Source: Alphaproteobacteria bacterium (GTDB taxonomy: Bacteria > Pseudomonadota > Alphaproteobacteria > Rs-D84). Taken from it: 59,154 bases of DNA. This document shows positions 18,739 through 27,475 of the stretch, piece after piece; positions within the stretch are counted from its first letter, which is position 1, and the number at the start of each line of letters is the position of its first letter. The notes beneath the pieces are model-generated. The model did not search any database. It saw only the letters and a list, made by a program, of their open reading frames with translations, and was not told where the DNA came from. The translations under genes and the position numbers were made by a program. The stretch is from positions 1 to 59,154 of the forward strand of contig JAGCDW010000015.1 of the NCBI GenBank assembly GCA_017650945.1, in the 5' to 3' direction.

Positions 18739-19072
18739 TTCTGTTCCTTTTTGGTTTATCCCCCGAAGCCATTATCCACCACCAACCTAACGCCGATGGA
18801 TTGGCGAAGGGGGATGGGCGACAAAAAACAGATTGAATTTTGGCACCCATTGGTTAAACAAATTTTTCTTTCGGGGCGCATATTTGGCTATGCGCGGTGC
18901 CACCCGAATTTATCACTTTTTTGTTTTTGAATCTGGCTCCGTGGTTGTTGGTCACATCACCGCCAAACGCAAAACTTTCCTGTATTTTATATTGAAAATC
19001 TCATTTTTGCAAGTTTTTAACAAATCTCTGTTATCGCATAACTAAAACACGACGCAACGATTTCCAGAGCAC

Positions 19073-19209
19073 CGTCATCCCGGCGAAGGCCGGGATCCAG
19101 TGCGAACATATGTGAGCACTTGCGTCGCAGACAATCGTTCATCATTATCCCCTGCGGGGCAAGTTTTTGCATTCGCAAAAACTGGGCACCGCGCGTCCGC
19201 GGTGTGACG
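19073..19209 (+). mobile_element. hairpin-ended miniature repeat (MITE-like), copy 1
   Basis: Starts CGTCATCCCGGCGAAGGCCGGGATCC (hairpin) and ends CACCGCGCGTCCGCGGTGTGACG (hairpin). The internal block TGCGTCGCAGACAAT is shared with copies 2 and 3. It accounts for spurious ORF 19017..19307. Confidence 0.75.
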
Positions 19210-19357
19210 CATCTCTGGAATAAGTTGTCATCGAATTTAGTAACTTCTACAACAAGATAACGGTATTTTGGAATTTTAAGCGTCCTATTTTGAAAGTGCA
19301 TTAACACCTATTCTTTTTTTCTTTTCAATGACCGAACATTTATGCTAAAATTCGACT

Positions 19358-19540
19358 GATGGTGGATGTTCCGTCATCGGGGTGTCAAGACCTCTTTTAG
19401 ACAGTGTCGGCGTAACCTGCGCCGACAGAAAACTCCAACCTTTATCGGTTGGAGGGTTGTGAATATATTGAATAAACACACAATTTCTGTCTAAATTGTC
19501 TTGAACCTCCAACCACCTAAGAAAGAAAAAGGTGGTTTTT
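19358..19540 (+). promoter_or_regulatory. structured 5' leader RNA, copy A (candidate riboswitch/attenuator)
   Basis: A -10-like TAAAAT (19346..19351) precedes three hairpins: 19358..19378, 19405..19427 and 19433..19454. The element AACCTCCAACC (19504..19514) can pair with the 3' arm of hairpin 3. The terminator is AACCACC-N13-GGTGGTT plus a T-run (19511..19540). The second copy is at 56615..56791(-). Confidence 0.65.
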
Positions 19541-19562
19541 AAAATTGTAAAAAGGAGGTTTT

Positions 19563-21077
19563 ATGTTTAAAAAAATATTTTTTGCGTTACTTGCGACATT
19601 GACGATAAAGATTGCCGTTGCCGACACGTGCCTTAGCAATCAAATGACATTGCCGGACGGTTCGTGCGTTGATGCAAAATTTTCCGTAACAACCACCAGT
19701 GATATGCCGGATAACACAACATTTAAATTTTACCTTTCGGCCCAAGGAACATTTTACATTGATTGGGGCGAAGGCAACAATACACCCGCCGAAATTATAC
19801 CGCACGATAACACAACCGAAACACTTTATTCACACACATACACAACCGGTGGCGAAAAAATAATTCGATTCGGTGGCGTCGCAACAAAGTATAAAAGCGG
19901 TTATAATAACACCATACGTTTCGGATACACTAGCACCGCGGATGATTCCACACCCCAATTTATTTCGGCAATCAATGGTTCATTGGGCGAAATGTTTCCA
20001 ACATTAGACACCACGTACAATAATATACCGGGTTTTTCCCATGCATTTGCACGCACCAAAATAGCAACGGTTCCCGAAACATTATTTTCCGGAATTCATG
20101 ACTCAACCCCATATATGTTTCAAGCCACATTTTCCTATTCAAGCATCTCTACAATTCCCGCAAACCTTTTTCGTGATATAACCGAACCAGCCCAGGGACT
20201 TTTTAACTCAACATTTATAGCAACAACATCATTACACACAATTCCATCAACATTATTCCACAATGTTCATGGTTCCGCAAACAACATGTTCCAAAATACA
20301 TTTAGGCAATCTGGTTTAACATCAATTCCCCCTGAATTATTCCAAACAATTACCGGTTCAGCAACTAACCTTTTTGATGCAACATTTTTGGGCTGTCGAA
20401 TAACATCAATTCCTGACAACCTTTTTCCCGGTATCACAAATGTGGGAACAAGGCAATTTGGTAACACTTTTTCTAGCAATTCATTGTTAACCGGATATAT
20501 TCCGCCATCACTTTTTTCCGGATTAAACAACAGTGGTTTAGACACAACAAACCTTATGCAAAATATATTCGCCAGTTGCCCTAACCTTGCCACCACATGC
20601 CCACCTGGGACGGTTCAATTTATAACCGGATACGAAGACTATTGGGGTGGCCATGTATCATGCGTTGAAGAAGATATGGTTTGCAATGCTGGACAATATT
20701 TACCGGCACATGGATACGAATGCACAACATGCCCACGCAATAACTATTGTCCTGGTGGCACATATCAATACAGCGAAAATCAAACATCCGGCCTTACGCA
20801 ATGCCCGAACTCTTTACAGTCCCCAATCGGAATGTCATCGGCCAATCAATGCGGACGCGTTTTACACCTTGGCGATGATGTCGTTTACCTGCACAGCACA
20901 AAAAAGACCCAACACGCATTACACATCGACATGGACGGCGACGGCACAGCGGACTTTTTCGGCAACATGACAACAACCGAAACACCGATGTCTTATGGCA
21001 CAACCAGGAAATTAAAAATATGGCTTAACAACACAACATATTTCGTCTATGACGACAGCGCTGAATTAAACGAATAA
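19563..21077 (+). CDS. secreted protein with LRR-like ~24-aa repeats and a Cys-rich ephrin-receptor/TNFR-like module
   Basis: SD is AAGGAGG. Signal peptide MFKKIFFALLATLTIKIAVA. Repeats follow the pattern ..F..TF....L.SIP..LF..I.G... The C-terminal module is CNAGQYLPAHGYECTTCPRNNYCPGGTY..C. Confidence 0.7.
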   Translation: MFKKIFFALLATLTIKIAVADTCLSNQMTLPDGSCVDAKFSVTTTSDMPDNTTFKFYLSAQGTFYIDWGEGNNTPAEIIPHDNTTETLYSHTYTTGGEKIIRFGGVATKYKSGYNNTIRFGYTSTADDSTPQFISAINGSLGEMFPTLDTTYNNIPGFSHAFARTKIATVPETLFSGIHDSTPYMFQATFSYSSISTIPANLFRDITEPAQGLFNSTFIATTSLHTIPSTLFHNVHGSANNMFQNTFRQSGLTSIPPELFQTITGSATNLFDATFLGCRITSIPDNLFPGITNVGTRQFGNTFSSNSLLTGYIPPSLFSGLNNSGLDTTNLMQNIFASCPNLATTCPPGTVQFITGYEDYWGGHVSCVEEDMVCNAGQYLPAHGYECTTCPRNNYCPGGTYQYSENQTSGLTQCPNSLQSPIGMSSANQCGRVLHLGDDVVYLHSTKKTQHALHIDMDGDGTADFFGNMTTTETPMSYGTTRKLKIWLNNTTYFVYDDSAELNE

Positions 21078-21151
21078 CTGCAAAACAGATTGATTTGCAT
21101 ACCCATTCCGCTTGGGTGGCCCGCCACCCGAAGCGTCATGGACGCGAAGGG

Positions 21152-21225
21152 TGGTGCCCTAAGCAAGAATCGGACTTGCGACTCGTCCTTACCAAGGACG
21201 TGTTTTACCACTAGACTATTAGGGC
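21152..21225 (-). tRNA. tRNA-Thr (anticodon GGT), atypical
   Basis: Minus strand reads GCCCTAA TA GTCT AGTGGTA AAAC A CGTCC TTGGTAA GGACG AGTC GCAAG TCCGATT CTTGC TTAGGGC A CCA. The cloverleaf folds, but there is one D-stem mismatch, a 4-nt variable loop and C at T-loop position 55. Confidence 0.55.
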
Positions 21226-21317
21226 AGCTCGCAAAATTACTAACCGATTATACGGTCCACCACGAAAAAATCAAGGAAAAAGCGCAAAATAACGGTACAC
21301 TTAAAATTCCAAAGAAT

Positions 21318-21449
21318 CGTCACACCGCGGACGCGCGGTGCCCAGTTTTTGCGAATGCAAAAACTTGCCCCGCAGGGATAATGTCTGCGACGCAGTCGCG
21401 GCATTTGCTACGCAAAGCCGGATGGGTCCCGGCCTTCGCCGGGATGACG
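21318..21449 (-). mobile_element. hairpin-ended miniature repeat (MITE-like), copy 2, inverted relative to copy 1
   Basis: The first ~65 nt are identical to the reverse complement of copy 1 (CGTCACACCGCGGACGCGCGGTGCCCAGTTTTTGCGAATGCAAAAACTTGCCCCGCAGGG). It ends CCCGGCCTTCGCCGGGATGACG. It accounts for spurious ORFs 21090..21452, 21301..21630 and 21338..22000. Confidence 0.75.
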
Positions 21450-21457
21450 TGATGCGT

Positions 21458-22045
21458 TTACCCCACCACCTTAACCCGCCCGGCCATATCAGTATCTGGC
21501 TTTGGTTTGGGCGCGACGGCGATTCCACCGAACGGCATTTGCGCCACCAGTGTCCACGCATCTGGCAATTCAAACATTTCTCGCACCATATTATCGATAA
21601 CTGGATTATAGTGCTGCAAATTCGCGCCAATATTCATATCCGCGAACCCGACCCAAATTGCGAATTGCAACATTGCATTCGACTGCATAACCCAATCGTG
21701 AAAATTTTCAGCATATCCCGGATACGCCCGCCGTGTTTCTTCAACCGCCGCCGTATCATAGAAATAAAGAACCGTTCCATACGCCGCCGCAAACGAATCG
21801 ATTTTATCACGCGAAAACCGCCCGCCGGTAAATTTCACCATTTCATCATAAACCGCATTCCAAAATTCTTCGTGCCGCGCACCCATAACAAGAACGACAC
21901 GCTGACTCTTCATATTGAACGCGTCCGGCACATACTGCACGGCCACGCGCACAAAATCGGCAACCGCGTTTTCCGCAACCGGCAAAGTTTTATCCAATGA
22001 ATAAACCGACCGGCGATTTTTAAGCATACTTATAAAGTCCATCAT
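21458..22045 (-). CDS. nitroreductase-family protein
   Basis: MMDFISMLKNRRSVYSL.. N-terminus and a ~195-aa nitroreductase-fold pattern. Started at the ATG at 22045, which overlaps the upstream stop (ATGA). Confidence 0.75.
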   Translation of the reverse strand: MMDFISMLKNRRSVYSLDKTLPVAENAVADFVRVAVQYVPDAFNMKSQRVVLVMGARHEEFWNAVYDEMVKFTGGRFSRDKIDSFAAAYGTVLYFYDTAAVEETRRAYPGYAENFHDWVMQSNAMLQFAIWVGFADMNIGANLQHYNPVIDNMVREMFELPDAWTLVAQMPFGGIAVAPKPKPDTDMAGRVKVVG

Positions 22046-22728
22046 AAATTTCCCCTTAACGCCCTTAATTTTACCTTGTGTTCCGGCGACACGCGATAGG
22101 ATTCTATGGCTTTTTGAATTGCGCGCGCCCGTGTACATGAATCGAGTCGTTCAAAATAGGGATAGACCAAATCAAAGTGCTTTGCGGCGGCGGTTGCAAA
22201 ATACCACGCCCGCATCATATTTACATAATATTCGTCTGATTTTATACCCAAAACCATATCGGCATACTTTGTATCAAAATTCGCATTCATATAATACCGC
22301 ATAAGGCAGAGCACCGCAAAACGCACCGTATAGACGTGTTTTGACCGCAACCATTTTTTGATACAAGGCAAAAGTTTATCGGTATTTTTTGCAAAAACTT
22401 TTGGCGACATTTGGTCGCACGTTGCCCAGTTATCAACGTACACCAAGAATTCGTCCACCGCACGCACCGCAGAATCAAAATCGCGAAACCCCGAAATTAT
22501 AAATGCATGCAACTGATTTTCTTCAAAATATTTATGTGGCAATTTATGAATAAAATCTTTGTATACGCCGGATTTAGCCATATCGCGCGCCATTGCACGC
22601 AATACCGGTGTTCGCACACCAATAATTTTACCTTTATCAATATTCGGAATAAGTTTCGAATTAAAATCCCTGTATACGGCATCTGCCGCCGCATACAGGG
22701 AATCAACTATCATATTTTTATCAGGCAT
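22042..22728 (-). CDS. DNA alkylation repair protein (AlkD-like HEAT-repeat family)
   Basis: ..DFNSKLIPNIDKGKIIGVRTPVLRAMARDM.. and ..VDNWATCDQMSP.. are characteristic of the DNA alkylation repair enzyme family. Confidence 0.7.
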   Translation of the reverse strand: MPDKNMIVDSLYAAADAVYRDFNSKLIPNIDKGKIIGVRTPVLRAMARDMAKSGVYKDFIHKLPHKYFEENQLHAFIISGFRDFDSAVRAVDEFLVYVDNWATCDQMSPKVFAKNTDKLLPCIKKWLRSKHVYTVRFAVLCLMRYYMNANFDTKYADMVLGIKSDEYYVNMMRAWYFATAAAKHFDLVYPYFERLDSCTRARAIQKAIESYRVSPEHKVKLRALRGNL

Positions 22729-23261
22729 TATTTACCAATTTTCTTTAACCAAATATCAACTTTTTCGGAATAATCTTGTAAGGTTTCAACACCACGCATA
22801 GAAAAAGCATCAACAACCGTCGCGCCTGGTGCCATACGCTTTATTTCTTCAATTGAATTACCGACACCCGAACTGCCATAAGTAACAAACGGAACAATTG
22901 TTTTACCACTGAAATCATTATTCTCTAAGAAAGTATACATTATCATCGGCATTCCGCCCCACCAGTTAGGGAACCCCAAAAACACAGTGTCATAATCTGC
23001 CACATCCACACCAGTTTTTTCATACGCCGGGCGTGCATTTTCTTCTTGCTCTCGCTTTGCCACCTCAACAGTTTCTTCGTAGCTATCTGGATACGGAACA
23101 ACCGGATTTATCCGCACAATATCGCCATCTACACGTTCATATATTGCCGTCGCCAAACGTTCGGTATTCCCAGACTGTGTAAAATACACGGTAAGGTTTT
23201 CCGCCCGCGCCATACCAACAAAAGCCAACATTACAAAACCAAGAATTTTCAAAACTTTCAT
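22728..23261 (-). CDS. flavodoxin-family protein with signal peptide
   Basis: MKVLKILGFVMLAFVGMARA, then LTVYFTQSGNTERLA.. and ..FLGFPNWWGGMP.. (flavodoxin-like fold). Confidence 0.7.
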   Translation of the reverse strand: MKVLKILGFVMLAFVGMARAENLTVYFTQSGNTERLATAIYERVDGDIVRINPVVPYPDSYEETVEVAKREQEENARPAYEKTGVDVADYDTVFLGFPNWWGGMPMIMYTFLENNDFSGKTIVPFVTYGSSGVGNSIEEIKRMAPGATVVDAFSMRGVETLQDYSEKVDIWLKKIGK

Positions 23262-23327
23262 TATTTTTCTCCTTTCCTTCCTTTTATGGATAATAACCGA
23301 TTTTTATTTTTTTTCAATATGATAAAT

Positions 23328-23582
23328 TTAATTTTTTTTCCACCTTTTAAGTGTAGGGAAAACCGCCGAACAATACGCACGCATTTCATCGCCGGTCATA
23401 TTCGCCTGGGCGGCAAAAGGCACCATCATTTCGATATATTTTTCCATTGAAACATTATCAACAAATTCGCCGTTTTTATAACAGTAAACACAATAGTCCG
23501 AATTTTTCGAACCATCTTTGTTTGTTCCAAATAGCGTTTCATCGTTCATAGGCATCGCACAACTTTGACATATTTTTTGCAT
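23328..23582 (-). CDS. zinc-ribbon domain protein
   Basis: MQKICQSCAMPM..SDYCVYCY: two CxxC pairs and an 84-aa size typical of the putative zinc-ribbon family. Confidence 0.6.
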   Translation of the reverse strand: MQKICQSCAMPMNDETLFGTNKDGSKNSDYCVYCYKNGEFVDNVSMEKYIEMMVPFAAQANMTGDEMRAYCSAVFPTLKRWKKN

Positions 23583-23649
23583 AAAACACTCCTTTCTTTT
23601 TTATTATGAATCGAAACAAAGTAAAAAACATCAATAAATTTCGCGACTA

Positions 23650-23731
23650 TACCAAAATTGAAACCGGGTAAACCCGGTTTGAATTTTGGTAGCGGCGAAG
23701 GGATTCGGACCCCTGACCAAAGGATTATGAT
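23650..23731 (-). repeat. direct repeat carrying a displaced 3' half of tRNA(CAU) plus its trailer (islet boundary)
   Basis: Near-identical to 27391..27475. 23687..23731 equals the tRNA from the anticodon CAT through CCA. The trailer hairpin AAACCGGGTAAACCCGGTTT is also duplicated. Confidence 0.8.
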
Positions 23732-23987
23732 AAGTTTGAGATAGAAATTAAATAACGCAGATTCCTGCGGATTATAACGATTTTTTGACCCGTCAATTTG
23801 TTCTTTGTGTAGAGAATGTGTAGAACCGCGCATACAAAAATGCCATATGCGTTTATATCTAAACCAACCTGTATCCTATTTCCCACTAAAAACCAATTCC
23901 GCAGATTTTATAAATTGAGCGGGCCCAGGATTTTTATTGTATTATCCACAAACTTGTGCAATATTATTGCTATCAAAGGGATTGTAT

Positions 23988-25001
23988 ATGGCAACAGAAT
24001 TAAAACCGATAAATGGCGAAATATTTTTATATAAAGATGACTATGGCACGGTCAAATTGAACGGTTTGATATATGGTGAATCTTTGTGGTTAACGGCACA
24101 TGCTATAGCGGAATTGTTTAATGTTGATTATTCGAATATACTTAAACACATAAAAAATATTTATAATGATTCGGAATTGCCGGAAAACACGACTATGGCA
24201 AAATTTGCCACCGTCGTAAATCGTGGTTTTAGAGGGGAAGTAAACGAAGATTTACCTTATTACAATCTCGATATGATAATATCTGTTGGGTATCGTGTTA
24301 ATTCAAAGCGGGCGACCCAGTTTCGCATTTGGGCAACAAAGGTCCTGCACGAATACATACAAAAGGGCTTTGCGCTGGATGATGAACGCTTAAAAATGGC
24401 AGGAAAACCATTTGGGGTTGATTATTTTCGTGAATTATTGGAACGTGTCCGGTCTATCAGGGCGTCAGAACGCCGTATTTATCAACAAATAACTGATATT
24501 TTTGCCGAATGCAGTATTGATTATGACCCGAATTCTGAAACCGCTTTCAACTTTTACGCGAATATACAGAACAAATTTCACTATGCAATACATGGACACA
24601 CCGCTGCCGAAATTATCAAGGATCGTGCCAGTCTAGAAAAACCGCATATGGGCTTAACAAGCTGGAAAAATTCTCCAAACGGTCGCATATTAAAAACAGA
24701 TGTATCCATCGCAAAGAATTATCTAAGTGAAAAAGAATTAAAAGACCTTGAACGCCTAGTGACAATGTTTTTTGACTATATCGAACACCAAATCGAAGAC
24801 AAAAAAGCGTTTAATATGGCACAATTTGCAGAATCTGTGGATAAATTACTTACATTCAACGATTATAAAGTATTGCATGGCTTGGGCAGCATAAGTGCCG
24901 CCGATGCAAAACAATATGCTGAAGCAATATACGATGAATTTAACAAGACACAAAACATCGAAAGCGACTTTGACAGGATTGTAAAATTAACAAAAAAATA
25001 A
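23988..25001 (+). CDS. rhuM: RhuM-family virulence-associated protein
   Basis: ..YNLDMIISVGYRVNSKRATQFRIWATKVLHEYIQKGFALDDERLK.. is the conserved RhuM core. Started at MATELKP. Confidence 0.75.
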   Translation: MATELKPINGEIFLYKDDYGTVKLNGLIYGESLWLTAHAIAELFNVDYSNILKHIKNIYNDSELPENTTMAKFATVVNRGFRGEVNEDLPYYNLDMIISVGYRVNSKRATQFRIWATKVLHEYIQKGFALDDERLKMAGKPFGVDYFRELLERVRSIRASERRIYQQITDIFAECSIDYDPNSETAFNFYANIQNKFHYAIHGHTAAEIIKDRASLEKPHMGLTSWKNSPNGRILKTDVSIAKNYLSEKELKDLERLVTMFFDYIEHQIEDKKAFNMAQFAESVDKLLTFNDYKVLHGLGSISAADAKQYAEAIYDEFNKTQNIESDFDRIVKLTKK

Positions 25002-25407
25002 CCAGAACGAATCGGTTTTCTGGGCAAAAATAACCACTTTTAATAAAAATCGCTTAAAAATTCCGGCTTTCAAAGTGTTTTTACACAAAAAATCACAGAT
25101 TTCTGCAACGAATCGGTAGCTACAAAGTGCTGTTATCGGGCTTTACAAAATTTCAAGCACAAAATGATATTTTTAACACATTTTAGACGTTGTTAACACA
25201 TACAAAACACTATATATTGAATGGTAGAAATCGATATGTTCCACATATTGATTTAAGAAGTCCCACCGAAATTCACGGCACTGAAAATCGGTGGAAAAAT
25301 AAATAATCGGAAAAGACCGACTACATATCGACTTGCTTATGAGTGTATCATAAAAAAATAAGATTTGTAATAAGTTTTTTCCGATGCCATAACTCAAGGA
25401 GTAAAAA

Positions 25408-25695
25408 ATGGCAAACATCAAAGTAAAAAATGTACCCGGCACCGCCGGGGAAACACCCCCATATCCTTACCAAGATTACAGTTGGTTAAAATATTGGGAA
25501 AAAATGACTGGCGACACAGCAACTTTTTGTGCTAGATGCGGTTGCTTAAACTTGGCAAAACATGGTGGGCATGTGCAAAGATGTGACAATTTTTTTGATT
25601 CTAAAATATATATTGTTCCGCTTTGCGAAGAATGTAATAACCCAAATAACAAAGATGTGTTTGAGGTAGATTGCAAATTATGTCCAGTATCATAA
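25408..25695 (+). CDS. small Cys/His-rich (zinc-finger/HNH-like) protein
   Basis: SD is AAGGAG. CARCGC..HGGHV..IVPLCEECN has the spacing of a treble-clef/HNH-like metal site. Function unknown. Confidence 0.5.
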   Translation: MANIKVKNVPGTAGETPPYPYQDYSWLKYWEKMTGDTATFCARCGCLNLAKHGGHVQRCDNFFDSKIYIVPLCEECNNPNNKDVFEVDCKLCPVS

Positions 25696-25720
25696 AAAAC
25701 CGGTCGTTCGACCGGTTTTT
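25695..25720. terminator. bidirectional hairpin terminator
   Basis: AAAAACCGGTCG-TT-CGACCGGTTTTT lies between convergent genes. Confidence 0.65.
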
Positions 25721-25724
25721 TATT

Positions 25725-26594
25725 TTATAGAATACTTAACAATTTTTGTATTTCCTTATCTGGGGATAGATTTTCTTGTATATATCCGCCTATATTTTCC
25801 AAAAAGTTCGTAACAGAATGGAATTTCTGACGTTCTGATAAATAAATATCTTGGGTTTCACCATAACCTTCCAAAATATGTTTTATATCTTCGCCATAGT
25901 AATAATGCATATCTCTTGCTGGTTCTGAGAAATGTGCAGCACCAAAATCTATTAAACCAGTAATCTTTTTGTGTTCTGTATCAAACATAAAATTACCAAA
26001 ATGCATATCAGCATGCACTAAAACCAATTCAACAGGATAATGAGTAGAGAGATATTCATATCTTTCACGAACAGCATTTATTCGTTCAATATCTGATTGG
26101 TTGAAACATTGTTTAACTTCGTCAGAAAAGTATTCGTTAAACATAGCGATATTCTGTTTATAATCGCCCACAAATAACATTTTCTTATCGTCATTTATTT
26201 TGACAGAATGTAATTCGCGCATAATTTTGCCAATTTGTCGTAAAATATCTATCTGGGTATCTTTATCAAAACTGTTATGTAACTCTTTGGAATAAGTAAT
26301 CCCTGGCAACAAACTTTCACCAAATATCCAACCACCATTGTTTATTTTACCGTCATACAGAATTTTAGGGATATTAAATGACAGATTATGGTTTATCAGT
26401 TTCAAAAGATATATTTCGTGTTCTGTATCTTTAAGGGCTTTTTCGCTTGTACCTGTAATTTTAAAAACAATGTTTTTATTGACTAAACAAGTTGCTGCCA
26501 AATTACCCTTTCCAAGAATAGAAAAATCTTGAATATCTAATTCAGGAAATGTTTTTTTGATAATTGCTAAATAATCATTCATATTCAAACCCAT
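25725..26594 (-). CDS. phosphotransferase-family protein (APH/choline-kinase fold)
   Basis: LVHADMHFGNFMFD (HxDxxxxN catalytic loop) and GLIDFGAAH (DFG-like). Its start overlaps the GNAT stop (TAATG). Confidence 0.75.
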   Translation of the reverse strand: MGLNMNDYLAIIKKTFPELDIQDFSILGKGNLAATCLVNKNIVFKITGTSEKALKDTEHEIYLLKLINHNLSFNIPKILYDGKINNGGWIFGESLLPGITYSKELHNSFDKDTQIDILRQIGKIMRELHSVKINDDKKMLFVGDYKQNIAMFNEYFSDEVKQCFNQSDIERINAVRERYEYLSTHYPVELVLVHADMHFGNFMFDTEHKKITGLIDFGAAHFSEPARDMHYYYGEDIKHILEGYGETQDIYLSERQKFHSVTNFLENIGGYIQENLSPDKEIQKLLSIL

Positions 26595-27118
26595 TAGAAT
26601 TTTTTTGACATATAGATAATAACCTCGTCGTCATATTTTATATCTGTATAGTTTTCTAAATGTTCATCATTTCTCCATAAACCCGTGCCGTCTGGGACAA
26701 ATCCATGTTTAACATACAATCTGAATGCAGAACCATAATTACTATTTACCCCAACACCCAAATAAACAGTATCAGCATATTTTTTTGATATATCTTCTGC
26801 AATATTCATTAACATATTACCAACACCATTCTTCTGATATTTCTCCAACACTCTCATATCAATAATTTCTGGCCAGCCTTTACCAGCAAATGCACCCCAT
26901 TGTGAATCAAAATAGACATTGATATAACCAGCAGGATTACCTTTGTATTCAGCAACCAAGGAAACACATTTTCCGTCTGCTACGTCTTTCAATCTACGAA
27001 AATATCTAGCTGGTTGTTTGTCTAGCAACCCTTGTAAATGTTCTTCGTGGGATATTACTTCGGCATCAGATTCAACCAAATCTCTGATTAAAATATCGTT
27101 TTCATTGTAATAAATCAT
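26594..27118 (-). CDS. GNAT-family N-acetyltransferase
   Basis: ..RVLEKYQKNGVGNMLMNIAE.. is the acetyl-CoA binding motif (Q/R-x-x-G-x-G/A). The start is uncertain (27118 or 27148). Confidence 0.7.
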   Translation of the reverse strand: MIYYNENDILIRDLVESDAEVISHEEHLQGLLDKQPARYFRRLKDVADGKCVSLVAEYKGNPAGYINVYFDSQWGAFAGKGWPEIIDMRVLEKYQKNGVGNMLMNIAEDISKKYADTVYLGVGVNSNYGSAFRLYVKHGFVPDGTGLWRNDEHLENYTDIKYDDEVIIYMSKKF

Positions 27119-27390
27119 TATAAAAACCTTTGTTTTTCTTTTCGGCATTATATCATAAAACTGTCTAATTTACAACATATACACCGTGTAAACCGCCGTA
27201 TAGTCGATGTGTAGAATTATGTAAAGATTGGACAGTTTTAACAAAATTCATGTTTTTTGGTTTTGATACTATGCGGCTCGGGATTGTTTCGCTGCGCTTC
27301 ACTCCCTTGCAAAATTTGCCTGACGGCAAACTGGCGTTATCCCGCCTTTTTGCTGCGGGTCGAACCCCTTCATCGTGCTCCAAATCCCAA

Positions 27391-27475
27391 TACCAAAAAT
27401 TAAAACCAGGATAAACCCGGTTTGAATTTTTGGTAGCGGCGAAGGGATTCGGACCCCTGACCAAAGGATTATGAT
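27391..27475 (-). repeat. direct repeat partner of 23650..23731 (functional tRNA 3' half plus trailer)
   Basis: See 23650..23731. Confidence 0.8.

Noticed and set aside
18739-19072. aspS upstream region with imperfect inverted repeat (ATCCCCCGAAGCC ... GGCGAAGGGGGAT), considered as a regulatory RNA such as a T-box
   Set aside because: The arms are only partly complementary, there is no terminator or specifier-like architecture, and there is no second copy to give covariation support.
19017-19307. 96-aa ORF; likewise 21090..21452, 21301..21630 and 21338..22000
   Set aside because: These reading frames run through the MITE copies, the tRNA-Thr or the antisense strand of the nitroreductase gene. 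They exist only because the repeat lacks stops. Their translations (..DPGLRRDDG.., ..VPAFAGMT..) are repeat-derived artefacts.
23546-23833. 95-aa ORF; likewise 27165..27512
   Set aside because: Both overlap the tRNA(CAU) sequence or its displaced 3' half. Their shared peptide (..SGVRIPSPLP.. / ..VRGPNPFAATK..) is just the translated tRNA.
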